A model generated the notes under the pieces. That model did no database searches, was not told the DNA's origin, and worked only from the letters and a program-made list of their open reading frames with translations. This document shows, piece after piece, positions 38,801 through 48,399 of a DNA stretch of 56,900 nucleotides. The DNA comes from an uncultured Gammaproteobacteria bacterium (GTDB lineage Bacteria > Patescibacteriota > Patescibacteriia > 2-01-FULL-39-33), in the NCBI GenBank assembly GCA_964350585.1, contig CAYGKC010000004.1, positions 1 through 56,900 on the forward strand, read 5' to 3'. The position numbers and the translations under genes were made by a program. The number at the start of each line of letters is the position of its first letter. The stretch's first letter is position 1.

Positions 38801-41800
38801 AACGACTATCTTTAGACAGGAAGATCAAAGATGCCAAATAAATAACGTAAAATCAGAAATTTGGCCCCTTGGTTGGGAAAGGAACAAAGATAATTTCTTT
38901 TGTAATGGGGATTATTGCGGTTCATTAACACCTGAACAAAAAGCCGATGATGATCAGAGTGCCAGTTGGAATAATGATTTTGATTTTAGTAATCAAAATA
39001 ATTTGCCTCGCAATCAGCACCTTTATAGATTTTGGGCTTATGGCAGTACAGGCTTTAGAGTTAAAGCAGATTTCAAAGAATTTAGATTTACTTATTTTGG
39101 TTTTGCAAATGAAGGTGGAACTTTAGTAAAATTAGACGATACGGAATTTTATCCGACATCTACTTATTCTACCACTACTTACAATGGAGCAAGATGGATT
39201 AACTCTGGTAATATTCAAGGTATGGATTTATACCATGCTTTAGCTTTTAATCCTGCTAATCCAGATGCTGGAACAATGGCTACGGGAACTGTAACTATTA
39301 ATACTTTTAACTGCGATAATCCATGGCCCGATCCTTCAAATTTCCCTTTTATTGATGGACAGGATAATTGTATTTCTAATGATGGCAGTGCTTGTCCAAA
39401 CACTAACTTTTCAACTTTTTACTGCCGTGATAATGGAAAAGTTTCAGCTTGTTGGAATGGAAGCAGTTATCTTAATGACTGTAAAACCAATAGTGATTGT
39501 CAGATTGGTGTTTGTCGACTTCATACCGAAGATGATTTGCCCTCAATAGGCGATTATGATGTCACAACGGAAGAGCTTAATGTTGCCATTTCCGGTATGC
39601 GAAAAGAACAGTGTAATAATTTACCTAATGAATTTTATCCAACAGTAGGGTATTTTGAGATAATAAATACAATTCAATCAGTACATCTATGGTCTGAAAA
39701 AGAATATTATAGATCAACCAGTAGCGGAAACACAAACTTGGGTTGGGAAAAGGTTTCTAGAGGAGAACTGGCGTTATTCGGCTTGCCAGGCAACTTTAAC
39801 CCTATAGCCGGTTATAATTTAGAAGGTAAAACATATTTATGGTCAAATGACGGAAATTTTTATTATAAAATTGACAGTGATCAAGTTTGGCGCAAGGGAA
39901 ATAGGAATGATTTGGTGGCACCAGGCTATCCGCTTAGTAAAAAACCGTTATTTGCTATAAGACGTTCTGATGATGTAATTATTTGGAATAGCGATCGTTC
40001 AGCTTATATTTTTAATGGGAGTTATACTGCTACTACTACAATAGTTTTGCCTAACGGTTTTGCACCTGTTACGGGCAATTTCTGCAGTAACTGTTTAAAT
40101 AATAATATTCATTTATGGGATAAGGAAGGTAACGGTTATGAATGTCCCAACAATCTAGCAATAACATCAAATTGCATTAAAATTGATAAAACTGCCAGAG
40201 GCTTAAGTGGAGTTAATCCCACAATGGGTTATTATGCAAATTTAATTGATAGTACAGTTACAATCTTATGGGATGGAGGAAATACTCATTACGTATACAA
40301 TTCAGTTACTGCAAGATTTGAAAAATCAACTACAAATGAGTCTGATTGTCAGACCAAGTTAAAAGAATTTTTATTTGTTAAAAATTATAGTAATTTAATA
40401 AATTCCTCTCATCCGGTTGTGTCTAAAAATGGTAATTTAGCAACATTTACGCCAGTAGCTAACACATGTACATCAATAGGAACTGATTTTATATATCAAT
40501 GCAGAGCCACTACTAACGGAAATCCTCTAGCGGAACCGATAATATTCAACATTACTGTAACTTCTACAGACATTTATAATTTATCACTTCTTACTTCGAA
40601 TAATAATGCAAGTGCTTCTGTTGCTTCTACTCCTCCCACCACTCAATATTGCGATATTGGAAACACAAATCCAATATGTTATGGTGATCATTCATGTTAT
40701 CGTGATGATGGAACAGGAGAAGAAAAAGTGTTCCAAGATATTATAATTTTTATAGATAATCAGACAGTTCCCGTTGATTATATTTCAGCATGGGCAAGCG
40801 CTCCGGATAATAAGCAATTGAATTATTCTAGACCGTTTTATTTAAGTCAAGGTGATCATACTATAACCTTAAAATGGGTAAATGATTGCAACTATAGTGC
40901 AAACGGACAATCTCCATATGTTTGGGATTCAAATTTGAAAATTTATAACTTGAGTTTATATCGCCAGAAAGAATATGATGAAGATGCAATCGGCATAAGG
41001 ATTATGTCAAATGATAATCATTATCCGGCCCTTACCTGGTACAGGAATACTTTTAATGTTTCTGGCAACCCTACTGCAAAAAGCGTTGATTCTTACAGGG
41101 CAATTACTGATGGCAGAACTGTTTACGTAAATGCTGCCAACACCTCAACTGATGATTCAATATATACCAACATATACTTAATGAGCAGGACGCAAGGCAA
41201 TAGTTCTGAGATGCAAAATATTTTCAATCAGATGGTTAATAATTGGACATTTAACTATAATTTTATTGACCAAGTTAATTTTAGCCAATGCTATGGAACT
41301 GGGTATAACTGTTTTAGTGACAAGGATTGTCCTACCAACAGTTATTGTCTTTCTCCAAAAGCAAAGTTGACCAGGGATGTTAAAAGAGTCGAAGACATTC
41401 ATCAGATGCAAGAAAAGCTCTTAGCTTATTATGATATTAAAAAATGCAGTAATGATCAAAGCCGAAGATGCTTAGATGATACAAACTGTTACGGCGGAGG
41501 CAGATGTTCAAATTTCTTCCCTGACATAAAGGCGGGAAGTTATATAACTGGCAAAACATATAGCGTATGGCCATCTTGGCAGGAAACATTAGGCAAGAGT
41601 CTTGGCAGTGTGATGGCTATTGATCCCATAAACAAACTTTATGGTTGTTCAGGCGATTATGATTCGACAACTTGCTGGAGTAATGAAAACAAGCAAATGT
41701 TAAGCCCTGATATCGATTCATCAGTCTATATTTACTTCGCTTATACTACTAATGGAGCAAACGCCAGATTTTATGCTAAAAGCGAATATGATCTTACGGG

Positions 41801-43637
41801 TGGAAATAAATGGAGACCTTATTGGCAACGGGTAAACGGCTTAAGATACAATCCATTTTATTCCGGTTGGGAAAATGTTATAGAACAAATGGCGTCTTCA
41901 GTTCTTCCCACTTGCGGAAATGGCACATTTAATACCGGCGAAAACTGTAGTAATTGTCCTTATGATGTTCCTTGCGCTGGAGTATGTAACGGTGGTACTT
42001 GTTTAGAGAATTGTGGTGATGGAACGAAACAAGCAGCGGAAGGGGAAGAATGTGATAAAGGTCCCAATGGTGGTTACGATGGAGCAAGATACTGCGCTTG
42101 GAATTGTAAATATGTAGCAAGTTGTGGAGATAGTAATATAGATCCCGGTGAACAGTGTGATGGAATTAATTTAGGCGGCAATACCTGTGAAACCGTTGTT
42201 CCGGGAACCTGTGATTATTCTGGTGCTACTCTTTCTTGTGATAGTAACTGCAGATTTAACGTTTCCCAGTGTAAAGTGCCTATATGGAATACTACTGCCT
42301 GGTCGCCAGCCACTTGTGGTCCAACTACACTATTTCAGATTAGAACTACTACTGCAGCTTTTTCCTATTCAAATCCAACTTGTTTATCTAATTCTCGCAC
42401 AAAGCCGATAGAAAAAAGATCTTGTAATTGTGATGTTGACTATGCGGCAGTATGTTCTGGTAAGTGTGGTATTATGATAGATAAATGTGCGGGGCAAATA
42501 GATTGTGGAAATAATTGTCTTACGGGTGGGGTTTGTGAATTACATAATTTATGCACTCCACTTGGCGAGTTACCTTGTCAGGGCTCTTATCAAACTATAA
42601 GTAGTGATAATACTAGATGCATTTGTGTGCCCGGAACATATTTTAACGGATCGGCATGTGTCTGCGAATCTTGGGCTTCTTGTTTAGCAACAGAGCCTGA
42701 GCCTACATGTACTGATCCTTTAGGATTAATTTCAAACAAGTGTTGCCAAGAAGGATATTATAGAAACACTTCAGGTGTCTGTGTTTTTGATACTTCAGTC
42801 TGTACTGATGTAAGTTGGGCGGAAACTTTAAATTCTGCACCTAATCCTTGCCCATGTTCTGGGACATATATAAGTAAGACATATAAATGTATAATGAATG
42901 GAGTGGAGGTGGATAGTTCAATTTGTGCAAATTGTAATATTTCAGCAATACCGGATGTAATTGCTTCTTGCAATCATTTTAATGATGGTTATTGTGATTC
43001 ATCCTGTACTGGTTCTCAGGCAGAGAATTTTAATAATGACAATAGCTGTCCTTTGAAAAATGGAGACTTGTTTACTCTAAAAACAAATGATGGCGGACAA
43101 TGGTTGCACATAGGAATTAACTACATAAATAACATCTATACTGATGGGCCGTTTAATAATAAAGGTTCGTTTAAATTTATTAGAAATGATGCACTTAATA
43201 ATGAAATAGAATATAGTATTCCACTAATTTTTTTCGGTATTGCAGCAGATGGAACGGAAAAACATTTAAGAACATATTCTAATTACGATTATTTATATAC
43301 TGATAAGCCTGCAATTAATGCAAGCAATCAAATTTATTTATTCACGCTCAATGGCGGCAATGGTATGTTAATGAGAGGATCGGTCTTTACTATTAGAGAA
43401 TTTGGCAGTAGGACAATTAAAGCAAAACTTAAAGATAATCGACCATATTTTGAATCTGGTAATCCGCTTGAGCTAACATTGTGTAATTATTCTGGTAATT
43501 GTGACTCCTTAATTGTATCAGCTGATTTTGAACCTAAAGTTGCAGGAGTGTTTGAAAAACAAGAGTCATCTATATTTGAAAAAATATTGAAATTCTTACT
43601 TAATCCATTTTATAATATATTAAAAATAATAAAATAA
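32847..43637 (+). CDS. giant secreted/anchored protein 2 (3596 aa): signal peptide + pilin-like module + IPT/Ig-like domains + cysteine-rich repeat arrays + 5-fold repeat region
   Basis: Uninterrupted 10.8-kb ORF starting 18 nt after the previous gene. Same N-terminal architecture as protein 1. An IPT/TIG-like segment is present ([28 protein letters not shown]). Y-x-W-x-F-x-T strand motifs recur. There are two arrays of CGNG..GE.CD.GN...GDGCS..C repeats and very many Cys residues. Confidence 0.9.
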   Translation: MDSSQNLKNIRRSALFFVLFLFLCFVFIPNSVLAQINVFSEAAGISSARTLPEIIGRIVQVALAFLGILAIILIMFAGFKYMTSDGDPTKVEKAKKMIIQAVIGLVIIFASFAIVTFIFSNLTNIVEPDDNSLCTVGDVQYSGVDNCAYRYCISENSWGQWNNDGCYYYTANQYSYVTGFKDESLLINGVIWQIGVTKSFTGVKSIPLSANLQVRGYGHYKGTSNEITAMNLRWIDIASGSSAFSPIENVIKNINGNEFNVVENIYAPWNTSQYTTGTTSTIDIFLTPQDSSYFFKKLKVKFIPDHCFDGIKNFGETGIDCGSVCGGACPGESCDNEPSTSSCQANDNMCRYGVCNLDTCSCIDVPQIDYISPVLDVLGDTKLNRPNTWSDDIPNGANGNLITIWGSGFGNSTGTVTFVDNAGNSYNAEFPGAPCSNLWSENQIIIKVPNTPNVIPVTSTSQMRFNTSTNYSVKVNSVYGIESNGKPFQVNQIERPGICSATAGSYPATTTIYGLKFPTGATKNVLWSIGSYVNGTWINGRLTDAVWAQTNVTSTRSYDWTNNSVIDYIPEANSTNTAKVRIFNGAEYSNYYSFILSRGGVGESCGYYDNACSVNNGLCQSGLTCDYSTCLCEPILGTCVPNQASTTSCTVANPIANCSYKFRCNSAGTSWDCAPDLTDADCSINPYTTFSKQIFYAWAFNSLGWGNIDQSCGIDPWGACDPRGCNRGLSCNLESCTCVQAQTCKKGEVNPCTIEGAPNPNGTCKWQEVCGNDGIFGQCQLVDPFCYNPVPQAQQTMYSWLFNFNAGSLEGNPYIIESCLSNCNVRIPTPSPWYKLHITNEVEGWATNKGIAAAYAPACSNALITAEFNRRMNANTINSSTVKIYRVSTTGEKIPLDIQINLENDKFLQLSVAEGLTTSTVYQVNLSDQIYSYEYKKLVFTPNSQFAKDKRGCDANAAYCWNFTTRNTLQHCEEGCIGCAPNPTKMYWQGATTSNFSYLTSQDNYCLTLNTWDYNWQWDVLPGPSNQLGDLRYNNYIAITNKDFCDSTATTTERSDLCRFQLAVTDNKVDPFQVSAALGDNRLGPNATITAAIPGKPLRGECKVINNFTDVMVVEDRDCTDTTQSPSPFKGATDACTNALISARFNRPIVDETLTLSTSTRNGNIIIEDCGSTEPTPTSTCTLVNLNEEGITPTIRIFEYSRPLAYENLFTSSTSATTSLPEGFIIDVALNQKIKYNEKNAKTIIESGYLDPNKWYRVIIKGGENGLRGSKAGSDNLKEGHLITPSFGNNGWVYNGGTNANPPSESTDSDAYKDYYWKFKTATSTCEVSSINVQPKNIFLSFIAQFQQYDAVPQAGNCNVLARCFINWDWWSLVNYTDEHSYRPPHSELTETGASIATISKNPSTLNVCGIVDSNGTDNFNLVDPVQTAESVSEGSVFITAMAHANREGWAKLRVGSDSFRVVKHGPEDTMCTNPDLEITFSRDASLNNIYNYVKLYECTGDSNCNNISNDHLIDFAWYRPNVNYSNKITFGTNNLDGRYRVMVNGISSFDNLSLSGLNYRLNGETVGEACEQGIYPWINNDQAYCSSTNCLFDSTMDLCGKEFKQCTTTESNLMAYCSTNCKNLGNTNIASCGNGIIEPGEDCDDNNITSGDGCSSNCLLVEGSKAVCGNGKIEKGEQCDDGNSANGDGCSSICLYESNYATSTNSNSLYKDFNCASSTGATSTIVVDIAGNAVKVKVACMAGEPGCNNNCLNQGSNPNAPVCGNGKIEFGEDCDYGVNNGNGICSDQCLWVGSSEDTGCGNGTLDRGEADAYSWTFTVDPTAQRCGPVVALNPCQTGIWRVSVPKNIEDLRIVIDKKYETADDFGENECQIIAQGPPDNASIFVKIWYKIKAFVKKFIGSATASNYLCLIYDRQFTSELIQMDKGNYTATSTLANNNGMISLVAYGNDSGERIINFINDQNWSDGETYRMRLFVNGNFSIQSTTTIFRQEDQRCQINNVKSEIWPLGWERNKDNFFCNGDYCGSLTPEQKADDDQSASWNNDFDFSNQNNLPRNQHLYRFWAYGSTGFRVKADFKEFRFTYFGFANEGGTLVKLDDTEFYPTSTYSTTTYNGARWINSGNIQGMDLYHALAFNPANPDAGTMATGTVTINTFNCDNPWPDPSNFPFIDGQDNCISNDGSACPNTNFSTFYCRDNGKVSACWNGSSYLNDCKTNSDCQIGVCRLHTEDDLPSIGDYDVTTEELNVAISGMRKEQCNNLPNEFYPTVGYFEIINTIQSVHLWSEKEYYRSTSSGNTNLGWEKVSRGELALFGLPGNFNPIAGYNLEGKTYLWSNDGNFYYKIDSDQVWRKGNRNDLVAPGYPLSKKPLFAIRRSDDVIIWNSDRSAYIFNGSYTATTTIVLPNGFAPVTGNFCSNCLNNNIHLWDKEGNGYECPNNLAITSNCIKIDKTARGLSGVNPTMGYYANLIDSTVTILWDGGNTHYVYNSVTARFEKSTTNESDCQTKLKEFLFVKNYSNLINSSHPVVSKNGNLATFTPVANTCTSIGTDFIYQCRATTNGNPLAEPIIFNITVTSTDIYNLSLLTSNNNASASVASTPPTTQYCDIGNTNPICYGDHSCYRDDGTGEEKVFQDIIIFIDNQTVPVDYISAWASAPDNKQLNYSRPFYLSQGDHTITLKWVNDCNYSANGQSPYVWDSNLKIYNLSLYRQKEYDEDAIGIRIMSNDNHYPALTWYRNTFNVSGNPTAKSVDSYRAITDGRTVYVNAANTSTDDSIYTNIYLMSRTQGNSSEMQNIFNQMVNNWTFNYNFIDQVNFSQCYGTGYNCFSDKDCPTNSYCLSPKAKLTRDVKRVEDIHQMQEKLLAYYDIKKCSNDQSRRCLDDTNCYGGGRCSNFFPDIKAGSYITGKTYSVWPSWQETLGKSLGSVMAIDPINKLYGCSGDYDSTTCWSNENKQMLSPDIDSSVYIYFAYTTNGANARFYAKSEYDLTGGNKWRPYWQRVNGLRYNPFYSGWENVIEQMASSVLPTCGNGTFNTGENCSNCPYDVPCAGVCNGGTCLENCGDGTKQAAEGEECDKGPNGGYDGARYCAWNCKYVASCGDSNIDPGEQCDGINLGGNTCETVVPGTCDYSGATLSCDSNCRFNVSQCKVPIWNTTAWSPATCGPTTLFQIRTTTAAFSYSNPTCLSNSRTKPIEKRSCNCDVDYAAVCSGKCGIMIDKCAGQIDCGNNCLTGGVCELHNLCTPLGELPCQGSYQTISSDNTRCICVPGTYFNGSACVCESWASCLATEPEPTCTDPLGLISNKCCQEGYYRNTSGVCVFDTSVCTDVSWAETLNSAPNPCPCSGTYISKTYKCIMNGVEVDSSICANCNISAIPDVIASCNHFNDGYCDSSCTGSQAENFNNDNSCPLKNGDLFTLKTNDGGQWLHIGINYINNIYTDGPFNNKGSFKFIRNDALNNEIEYSIPLIFFGIAADGTEKHLRTYSNYDYLYTDKPAINASNQIYLFTLNGGNGMLMRGSVFTIREFGSRTIKAKLKDNRPYFESGNPLELTLCNYSGNCDSLIVSADFEPKVAGVFEKQESSIFEKILKFLLNPFYNILKIIK
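32958..33206 (+). other. VirB2/TrbC-like (T4SS-pilin-like) two-TM module, copy in giant protein 2
   Basis: [81 protein letters not shown] aligns residue for residue with 29860-30111. Confidence 0.55.
33942..34200 (+). other. IPT/TIG-like Ig-fold domain in giant protein 2
   Basis: [12 protein letters not shown]...[47 protein letters not shown] follows the IPT pattern (P.I..isP..G...G...vtI.G.gFg.....V.f). Confidence 0.5.
37743..38280 (+). repeat. cysteine-rich repeat array 1 (Myxococcus-type CGNG..E.GE.CDDGN...GDGCS..C)
   Basis: [87 protein letters not shown], and [10 protein letters not shown]. Confidence 0.8.
39650..40320 (+). repeat. five tandem ~40-50-aa repeats (propeller-blade-like) in giant protein 2
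   Basis: Each unit starts P-x-x-G and contains h-h-[LI]-W-[SND]-x3-5-Y: [59 protein letters not shown]. Confidence 0.6.
41913..42275 (+). repeat. cysteine-rich repeat array 2
   Basis: [15 protein letters not shown].., [34 protein letters not shown], and [30 protein letters not shown]. Confidence 0.75.
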
Positions 43638-43638
43638 A

Positions 43639-44457
43639 ATGTTTGATAATTTACAACAGCAAAATCCAACTCCGGGAGCTGATTTAGATAACCAAAATGC
43701 GCAACAGCCCCTACCTAAACCTGATATTTTTAAGCCCAAAGAACCTTCTACGGTGAATTTCAACACTCCACAACAACAAATTAACAATCCTAACCCTTCA
43801 GGAAGTGTCGAAGATATTTTTTCAAAGACAGATAATCCTTTTTCTCATGATCAGGGCGCAGCGGGAGGTTTTGCTCCATCATCTAATCCCAATATCAGTT
43901 ATAATAATGGAGGTGTTAAAAGATCAAGCTTAGCGGTCTTTTTAATTCCCGTGCTTGTTGTGGCTATAATTGCATTAATTGTAATTGGTTCTTGGTTGAT
44001 ATACGGCAAAATGCAAGAATCCTTCTTTAAGCAATCAAATCCTGTTGAGAATATGCAAAATATGGAAAATGAAGACTTTCTTTCACCGGTAAATAAAACC
44101 GAACCATTAGTTGAGACTCCCACGCCTCCTTTGCCTGAAGTTCAACCGGAAGAAATTCCTCAATCTGTTTTGGACGCTCAAGTTACTACTACTACTACTA
44201 CTACTACTACTACAGAAAACAGTAACGAAGAGATTGACACAGATCAAGACGGGTTAACCGACAGAGAAGAAAAACTTTTAGGTACAGATCCAAGAAATGC
44301 TGATACTGATGGCGATGGCTTAACAGATTATGCAGAAGTTAAAACATATAAAACTGATCCTTTAAATCCTGACACTGACGGAGACGGATTCAAAGACGGA
44401 GAAGAAGTAATTAATGGTTATGATCCCACAAAGACGGGAGGAGTCAAATTATATTAG
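43639..44457 (+). CDS. single-pass membrane protein with thrombospondin-type-3-like DxDxDG calcium-binding repeats
   Basis: The start is 1 nt after the giant-gene stop. Disordered Q/N/P-rich N-terminus, TM helix [25 protein letters not shown], a poly-Thr run, then [43 protein letters not shown]. Confidence 0.75.
   Translation: MFDNLQQQNPTPGADLDNQNAQQPLPKPDIFKPKEPSTVNFNTPQQQINNPNPSGSVEDIFSKTDNPFSHDQGAAGGFAPSSNPNISYNNGGVKRSSLAVFLIPVLVVAIIALIVIGSWLIYGKMQESFFKQSNPVENMQNMENEDFLSPVNKTEPLVETPTPPLPEVQPEEIPQSVLDAQVTTTTTTTTTTENSNEEIDTDQDGLTDREEKLLGTDPRNADTDGDGLTDYAEVKTYKTDPLNPDTDGDGFKDGEEVINGYDPTKTGGVKLY
44185..44211 (+). repeat. (ACT)9 trinucleotide microsatellite encoding poly-Thr
   Basis: Nine perfect ACT units followed by ACA give a run of 10 Thr. 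Confidence 0.95.
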
Positions 44458-44472
44458 GTAATTATAAAAAAT

Positions 44473-45492
44473 ATGGAATTAAATACCGTTGAACAAAACA
44501 CAGCGGCATCAAATACTTTGCCTCCGCAAAATATTTATGTGATGCCGGATAAATTTCAACCAAAAGAAAAAAAATCTTCTTTCTCTTCTTTTGTGGTGGC
44601 AATAATTCTTTTAATTATTGTGCTAGTAGCTGTTGGATCATATTTTGCATATGATTATTTTATTAAGGCGAAAAATAAAGATGTCAAAGAAACACCTGTC
44701 GATAACAGTGCAGTCGTGAATTTTCAGGAAGAGGAATTTTTAACTTTAGCTCCGCCTACCGAGGAAGAAATAGTTGAAGAAGTGCAGGAGCCGGCTACAA
44801 CTACTGAACCTGTAAAGGAAGAAGAAAATAAAGATGTGAAAGAAATATCACTTGTCCCTCCGGTTGAAAGTCCGGATACTGATAATGACGGTTTGACTGA
44901 TATTGAAGAGAATTTAATCGGCACTTCGCATTTGGACTCTGATACTGATAAAGACGGATTTAAAGATGGAGATGAAATAATTAGCGGTTATAATCCATTA
45001 ATCCCTGAATCATCGGAGAAAGCAAAATTGGAAAATGCTGATTTTCTAAGAATTGCAGTCACAGATTTTGCAGATGATAATTTTTCAATCCCTGTGATGA
45101 AAAAATGGTCCTTTTCAACAGTAAAGGCCACAAAACAAGCTATTATAACTACAGAAACCGGAGAAATAATTAAAATATCAGTAAAGGAAAACGCCGACAG
45201 AATATCGGCAATTGATTGGTATTTGAAGCTTAATCCTCAGGTTATGCCAGTACAGCTCAAACAAATAGAATACGGCAATCTTTCAGGCTTAATAGCGCCA
45301 GATAATCTTTCTGTATACTTTAGTGACAGTTTAAAAACAAAAATTTATAGTTTTGAATATATTATGGATGCAGGCTCACAACTCAGATATCCAAATATAG
45401 TAAAAATGATGATTAAGAAATTTACCTTGGTAAAATTGGCGCCAAACACGAACAACTCAACTAATACTTCATCAGAAGAAACTTTACCATAA
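44473..45492 (+). CDS. paralogous single-pass membrane protein with DxDxDG repeats plus C-terminal globular domain
   Basis: TM helix FVVAIILLIIVLVAVGSYFAY, an acidic linker, then DTDNDGLTDIEENLIGT..DSDTDKDGFKDGDEIISGYNP, the same ending as the previous ORF. Confidence 0.75.
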   Translation: MELNTVEQNTAASNTLPPQNIYVMPDKFQPKEKKSSFSSFVVAIILLIIVLVAVGSYFAYDYFIKAKNKDVKETPVDNSAVVNFQEEEFLTLAPPTEEEIVEEVQEPATTTEPVKEEENKDVKEISLVPPVESPDTDNDGLTDIEENLIGTSHLDSDTDKDGFKDGDEIISGYNPLIPESSEKAKLENADFLRIAVTDFADDNFSIPVMKKWSFSTVKATKQAIITTETGEIIKISVKENADRISAIDWYLKLNPQVMPVQLKQIEYGNLSGLIAPDNLSVYFSDSLKTKIYSFEYIMDAGSQLRYPNIVKMMIKKFTLVKLAPNTNNSTNTSSEETLP

Positions 45493-45495
45493 AAC

Positions 45496-45957
45496 ATGTC
45501 TGATTTTCAGTTCAATAATAATACCAAATATAAAGTTAGGCCTTTAATTTTAAAAAAAGTCAGCCACATTTTTTTTAAGGTTGCTAAATTAGGTTATGAA
45601 GCGGAGTATTCACTGGCTTTTGTTAAAGCTAAAGATATTAAAAAGTTAAATAAAATATACAGGAACAAAGATTCCGTGACGGATGTATTAAGTTTTGCCG
45701 AAGAGGATGATTTTATTGAGGCGCAGAAAGACAAAAAATATTTGGGTGAAATACTAATTTGTCCTACGAAAGCGAAAGATCAGGCAAAGGAATACGGCTG
45801 GAATTTTGAGAAGGAGATTATTCGACTTTTAATTCACGGCTTAAGCCATTTAATAGGATATGATCATGAAAATGTATCCAAAAAAAAAGCTGAAGAGATG
45901 TTTTCTTTCGAAAAAAAGCTTATGATTGCGGTAGATAAAATTTTAAATTGTAAATAG
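45496..45957 (+). CDS. ybeY: rRNA maturation endoribonuclease YbeY
   Basis: HGLSHLIGYDH zinc-binding motif (H-x3-H-x5-H). Typical size. Confidence 0.9.
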   Translation: MSDFQFNNNTKYKVRPLILKKVSHIFFKVAKLGYEAEYSLAFVKAKDIKKLNKIYRNKDSVTDVLSFAEEDDFIEAQKDKKYLGEILICPTKAKDQAKEYGWNFEKEIIRLLIHGLSHLIGYDHENVSKKKAEEMFSFEKKLMIAVDKILNCK

Positions 45958-46022
45958 TGTTTAAATTTAAGAGTTAAATCGTTATTGAATAAATTATTTG
46001 TTCGAATTTTGCCATTTCATAG

Positions 46023-46059
46023 TTGATAAAAAGACTGTTTTTTATTACAATTATATAAT
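46023..46059 (+). promoter_or_regulatory. candidate promoter upstream of ftsA
   Basis: TTGATA, a 17-nt spacer, then TACAAT, with a second TATAAT 2 nt further on. Confidence 0.4.
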
Positions 46060-46079
46060 AGAACTGTAAATGAAATACC

Positions 46080-47318
46080 ATGCCCAAAGATAATATAATT
46101 ACTGGATTAGATATCGGCTCAAGCTGTATAAGAGTTGTAGTCGGTCAAAAAAATAGAAACGATGATAAGTTAAGGATAATTGGAGCAAGCCAAGCGCCAG
46201 CGCAAGGAATAAGCAAAGGTGTTGTGGTAAGCATTGAAGATGCCGTTTCTTCAATTTCTACTGCTTTGGAAAAAGTGGAAAGAATGGTGGGGCAGCCAAT
46301 TCCAAACGCATGGGTGGGTATTTCCGGAAGTCATATTATAGCTCAAGAAAGCAGAGGTGTTTCTGCAGTTTCAAAAGCGGATGGAGAGATAAGGTCTGAT
46401 GATATTGAAAGAGCGTTAGATGCGGCAAAATCAGTCGCCGTTCCTCCAAACTATGAAATTCTCCATGTTGTTCCAAAAAACTTTACTGTGGACTCTCAGA
46501 CAGGGATAAAGGATCCAACCGGTATGACAGGCATAAGGCTTGAAGTCCAAGCCCAAATCATACAAGGCTTGGTCGCACAGGTAAGAAATCTTACAAAATG
46601 CGTTTATAGGACCGGGCTTGATATTGATGATTTGGTGCTTTCCGTGTTGGCTTGTTCTGATAGTATTTTAACTAGCAGGCAGAAAGAATTGGGAGTGGCT
46701 GTTGTAAACTTAGGCGGGGCCACTACAAGCTTAGCTGTTTTTGAAGATAATGATATTTTGCATTGCGGGGTTCTTCCGATCGGCTCTGAATATATTACCG
46801 GCGATATTGCCATAGGGCTTAGAATTCCAATTGAAACTGCGGAAAAAATTAAGGTTAGGGAAGGAAGTTGCCTTCCATCTGAATTTAAAAAACAGGACAT
46901 GGTAAGATATGAGGATATCGGAGTAAGTGAGGAAGGTTCATTTTCAAAAAAAGAAGTTGCTGAAATAATCGAAGCAAGAGTTGAAGAAATATTTGAGCTT
47001 GTAGATAAAGAATTAAGGAAAATAGGAAAATCAAGCATGCTTCCTGCCGGAATTGTTTTAACCGGAGGAGGGGCAAAACTTGATGGTTTGATAGAAGTAG
47101 CTAAAAGGGAGTTAAGATTGCCAGCTTCGTTGGGATATCCTCATGAAATAGTTTCGAATATTGAAAAAATCAACGACCTATCATTTACCACTGCCGTTGG
47201 TTTGGTTTTGTGGGGGGAAGAGATGCGTAAAAAAAGATCAGGTGGTTACTTTCCAAAACCGAACGTTAATGGTGCTTTTGGACAACTGAGAAAATTGTTT
47301 AAAAATTTTTTACCTTAA
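46080..47318 (+). CDS. ftsA: cell division protein FtsA
   Basis: Actin-fold motifs GLDIGSSCIRVVVG, VVNLGGATTSLAVF and GIVLTGGGAKLDGL. A C-terminal amphipathic tail is present. Confidence 0.9.
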   Translation: MPKDNIITGLDIGSSCIRVVVGQKNRNDDKLRIIGASQAPAQGISKGVVVSIEDAVSSISTALEKVERMVGQPIPNAWVGISGSHIIAQESRGVSAVSKADGEIRSDDIERALDAAKSVAVPPNYEILHVVPKNFTVDSQTGIKDPTGMTGIRLEVQAQIIQGLVAQVRNLTKCVYRTGLDIDDLVLSVLACSDSILTSRQKELGVAVVNLGGATTSLAVFEDNDILHCGVLPIGSEYITGDIAIGLRIPIETAEKIKVREGSCLPSEFKKQDMVRYEDIGVSEEGSFSKKEVAEIIEARVEEIFELVDKELRKIGKSSMLPAGIVLTGGGAKLDGLIEVAKRELRLPASLGYPHEIVSNIEKINDLSFTTAVGLVLWGEEMRKKRSGGYFPKPNVNGAFGQLRKLFKNFLP

Positions 47319-47328
47319 CAATATAAAA

Positions 47329-48384
47329 ATGCCATCACAAAAAAAGAAAAATCCTATTAAAAAGGAAATTAAAAAAAAGATTGTTTTACCAAAGCGAAAA
47401 AATAATAAAGCCATTATAGCAGTAATTATTTTTTTGTTGATAGTGGCTGGAATTTTGTTTTTTGGTAATGTTAAAAATCGAACAAATAGTTTGCTCGACA
47501 CAGTAGAAAAGGACGATACTTATCAAATACCCTTGGGAATAAATTTAGATGATGGTAATAATTTAAATCCTTTTGAGGGTTGGACAGTTTTTAAAGACCA
47601 GGATAAAAAGTTCGGATTTTATTATCCTTCTGATTGGGTCATTGAATCAAAACTAAATAGTGTACAAATTTTTTATCCGGAAAGACCAGATGTGGTTGTT
47701 AACGCATCTTGGCAAAGCATAAAAAAAGATTTTAGTAACTATATTTCAGAGTCCGAAAAATCGATGCAAAAAACGGCTAACCAATTGAAAGACGAACAGA
47801 AATTTAAGCTAAATGATTTTGAGGCTGTTAAAAGATTTTATTATAGTTCCTCAACTGAGTCTGAGATGATAGCTACTTATATCTTTCACGATAAAACTGT
47901 TTTTGAAATTTATCTTTCAGCTCAAAAAATAGATGAGTCTTTGAAGTCAACGTATGATTTGATTTTATCAAGCTTTAACTTTAATATTTCATCTCCTTCT
48001 GTAGAAAATAAAGAAACTGTTTATAAAAATAGTTTATATGGTTTTGAATTGAAATATGGCGAAGAATATGTTAAGAAGGAAGTTAGTGAAGGAATAATAT
48101 TTGATTTCGGATCTGATTCTTATTTATCTGTCAAAGGAAGTACTTCTAAAATCCCTTCGCTTGTCGACTATCATCCTAGTGGCGCAAATGTGGCAGGGCA
48201 AGTAAAAATAGCCGAAAAGGGAGCCATGAAATACCTTTTACAAAAAGAAGATGGTGTAGCATATGTCCAGTACGTACTGCCTATTGATGAAAAAAGGTGG
48301 TTGCAAATAGAGTATGATGGAAAAGAAAAAGAGATAGCTAGTTTTGAAAAAATTATTTCCACTATTAATTTTTTAAAGAAATAA
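47329..48384 (+). CDS. hypothetical membrane-anchored protein inserted between ftsA and ftsZ
   Basis: Basic N-terminus, one TM helix (AIIAVIIFLLIVAGILFF), then two similar domains beginning FGFYYPSDWVIE and YGFELKYGEEYV. Confidence 0.6.
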   Translation: MPSQKKKNPIKKEIKKKIVLPKRKNNKAIIAVIIFLLIVAGILFFGNVKNRTNSLLDTVEKDDTYQIPLGINLDDGNNLNPFEGWTVFKDQDKKFGFYYPSDWVIESKLNSVQIFYPERPDVVVNASWQSIKKDFSNYISESEKSMQKTANQLKDEQKFKLNDFEAVKRFYYSSSTESEMIATYIFHDKTVFEIYLSAQKIDESLKSTYDLILSSFNFNISSPSVENKETVYKNSLYGFELKYGEEYVKKEVSEGIIFDFGSDSYLSVKGSTSKIPSLVDYHPSGANVAGQVKIAEKGAMKYLLQKEDGVAYVQYVLPIDEKRWLQIEYDGKEKEIASFEKIISTINFLKK

Positions 48385-48399
48385 AATACTTATAAATAT

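Noticed and set aside
37743-42275. Repetitive DNA in the giant gene as a possible CRISPR array or DGR variable/template repeat pair
   Set aside because: The repeats are in-frame protein modules with divergent DNA sequence and no regular spacers. No reverse transcriptase gene or near-identical template repeat is present in the window.
46604-47038. 144-aa antisense ORF inside ftsA. Similar shadow ORFs include 7351-7707, 9817-10143, 10104-10388, 22833-23213, 36215-36487 and 38285-38557.
   Set aside because: All lie entirely within, and antisense or out of frame to, well-supported genes. They are low-complexity Ser/Leu/Phe-rich translations typical of AT-rich shadow frames.
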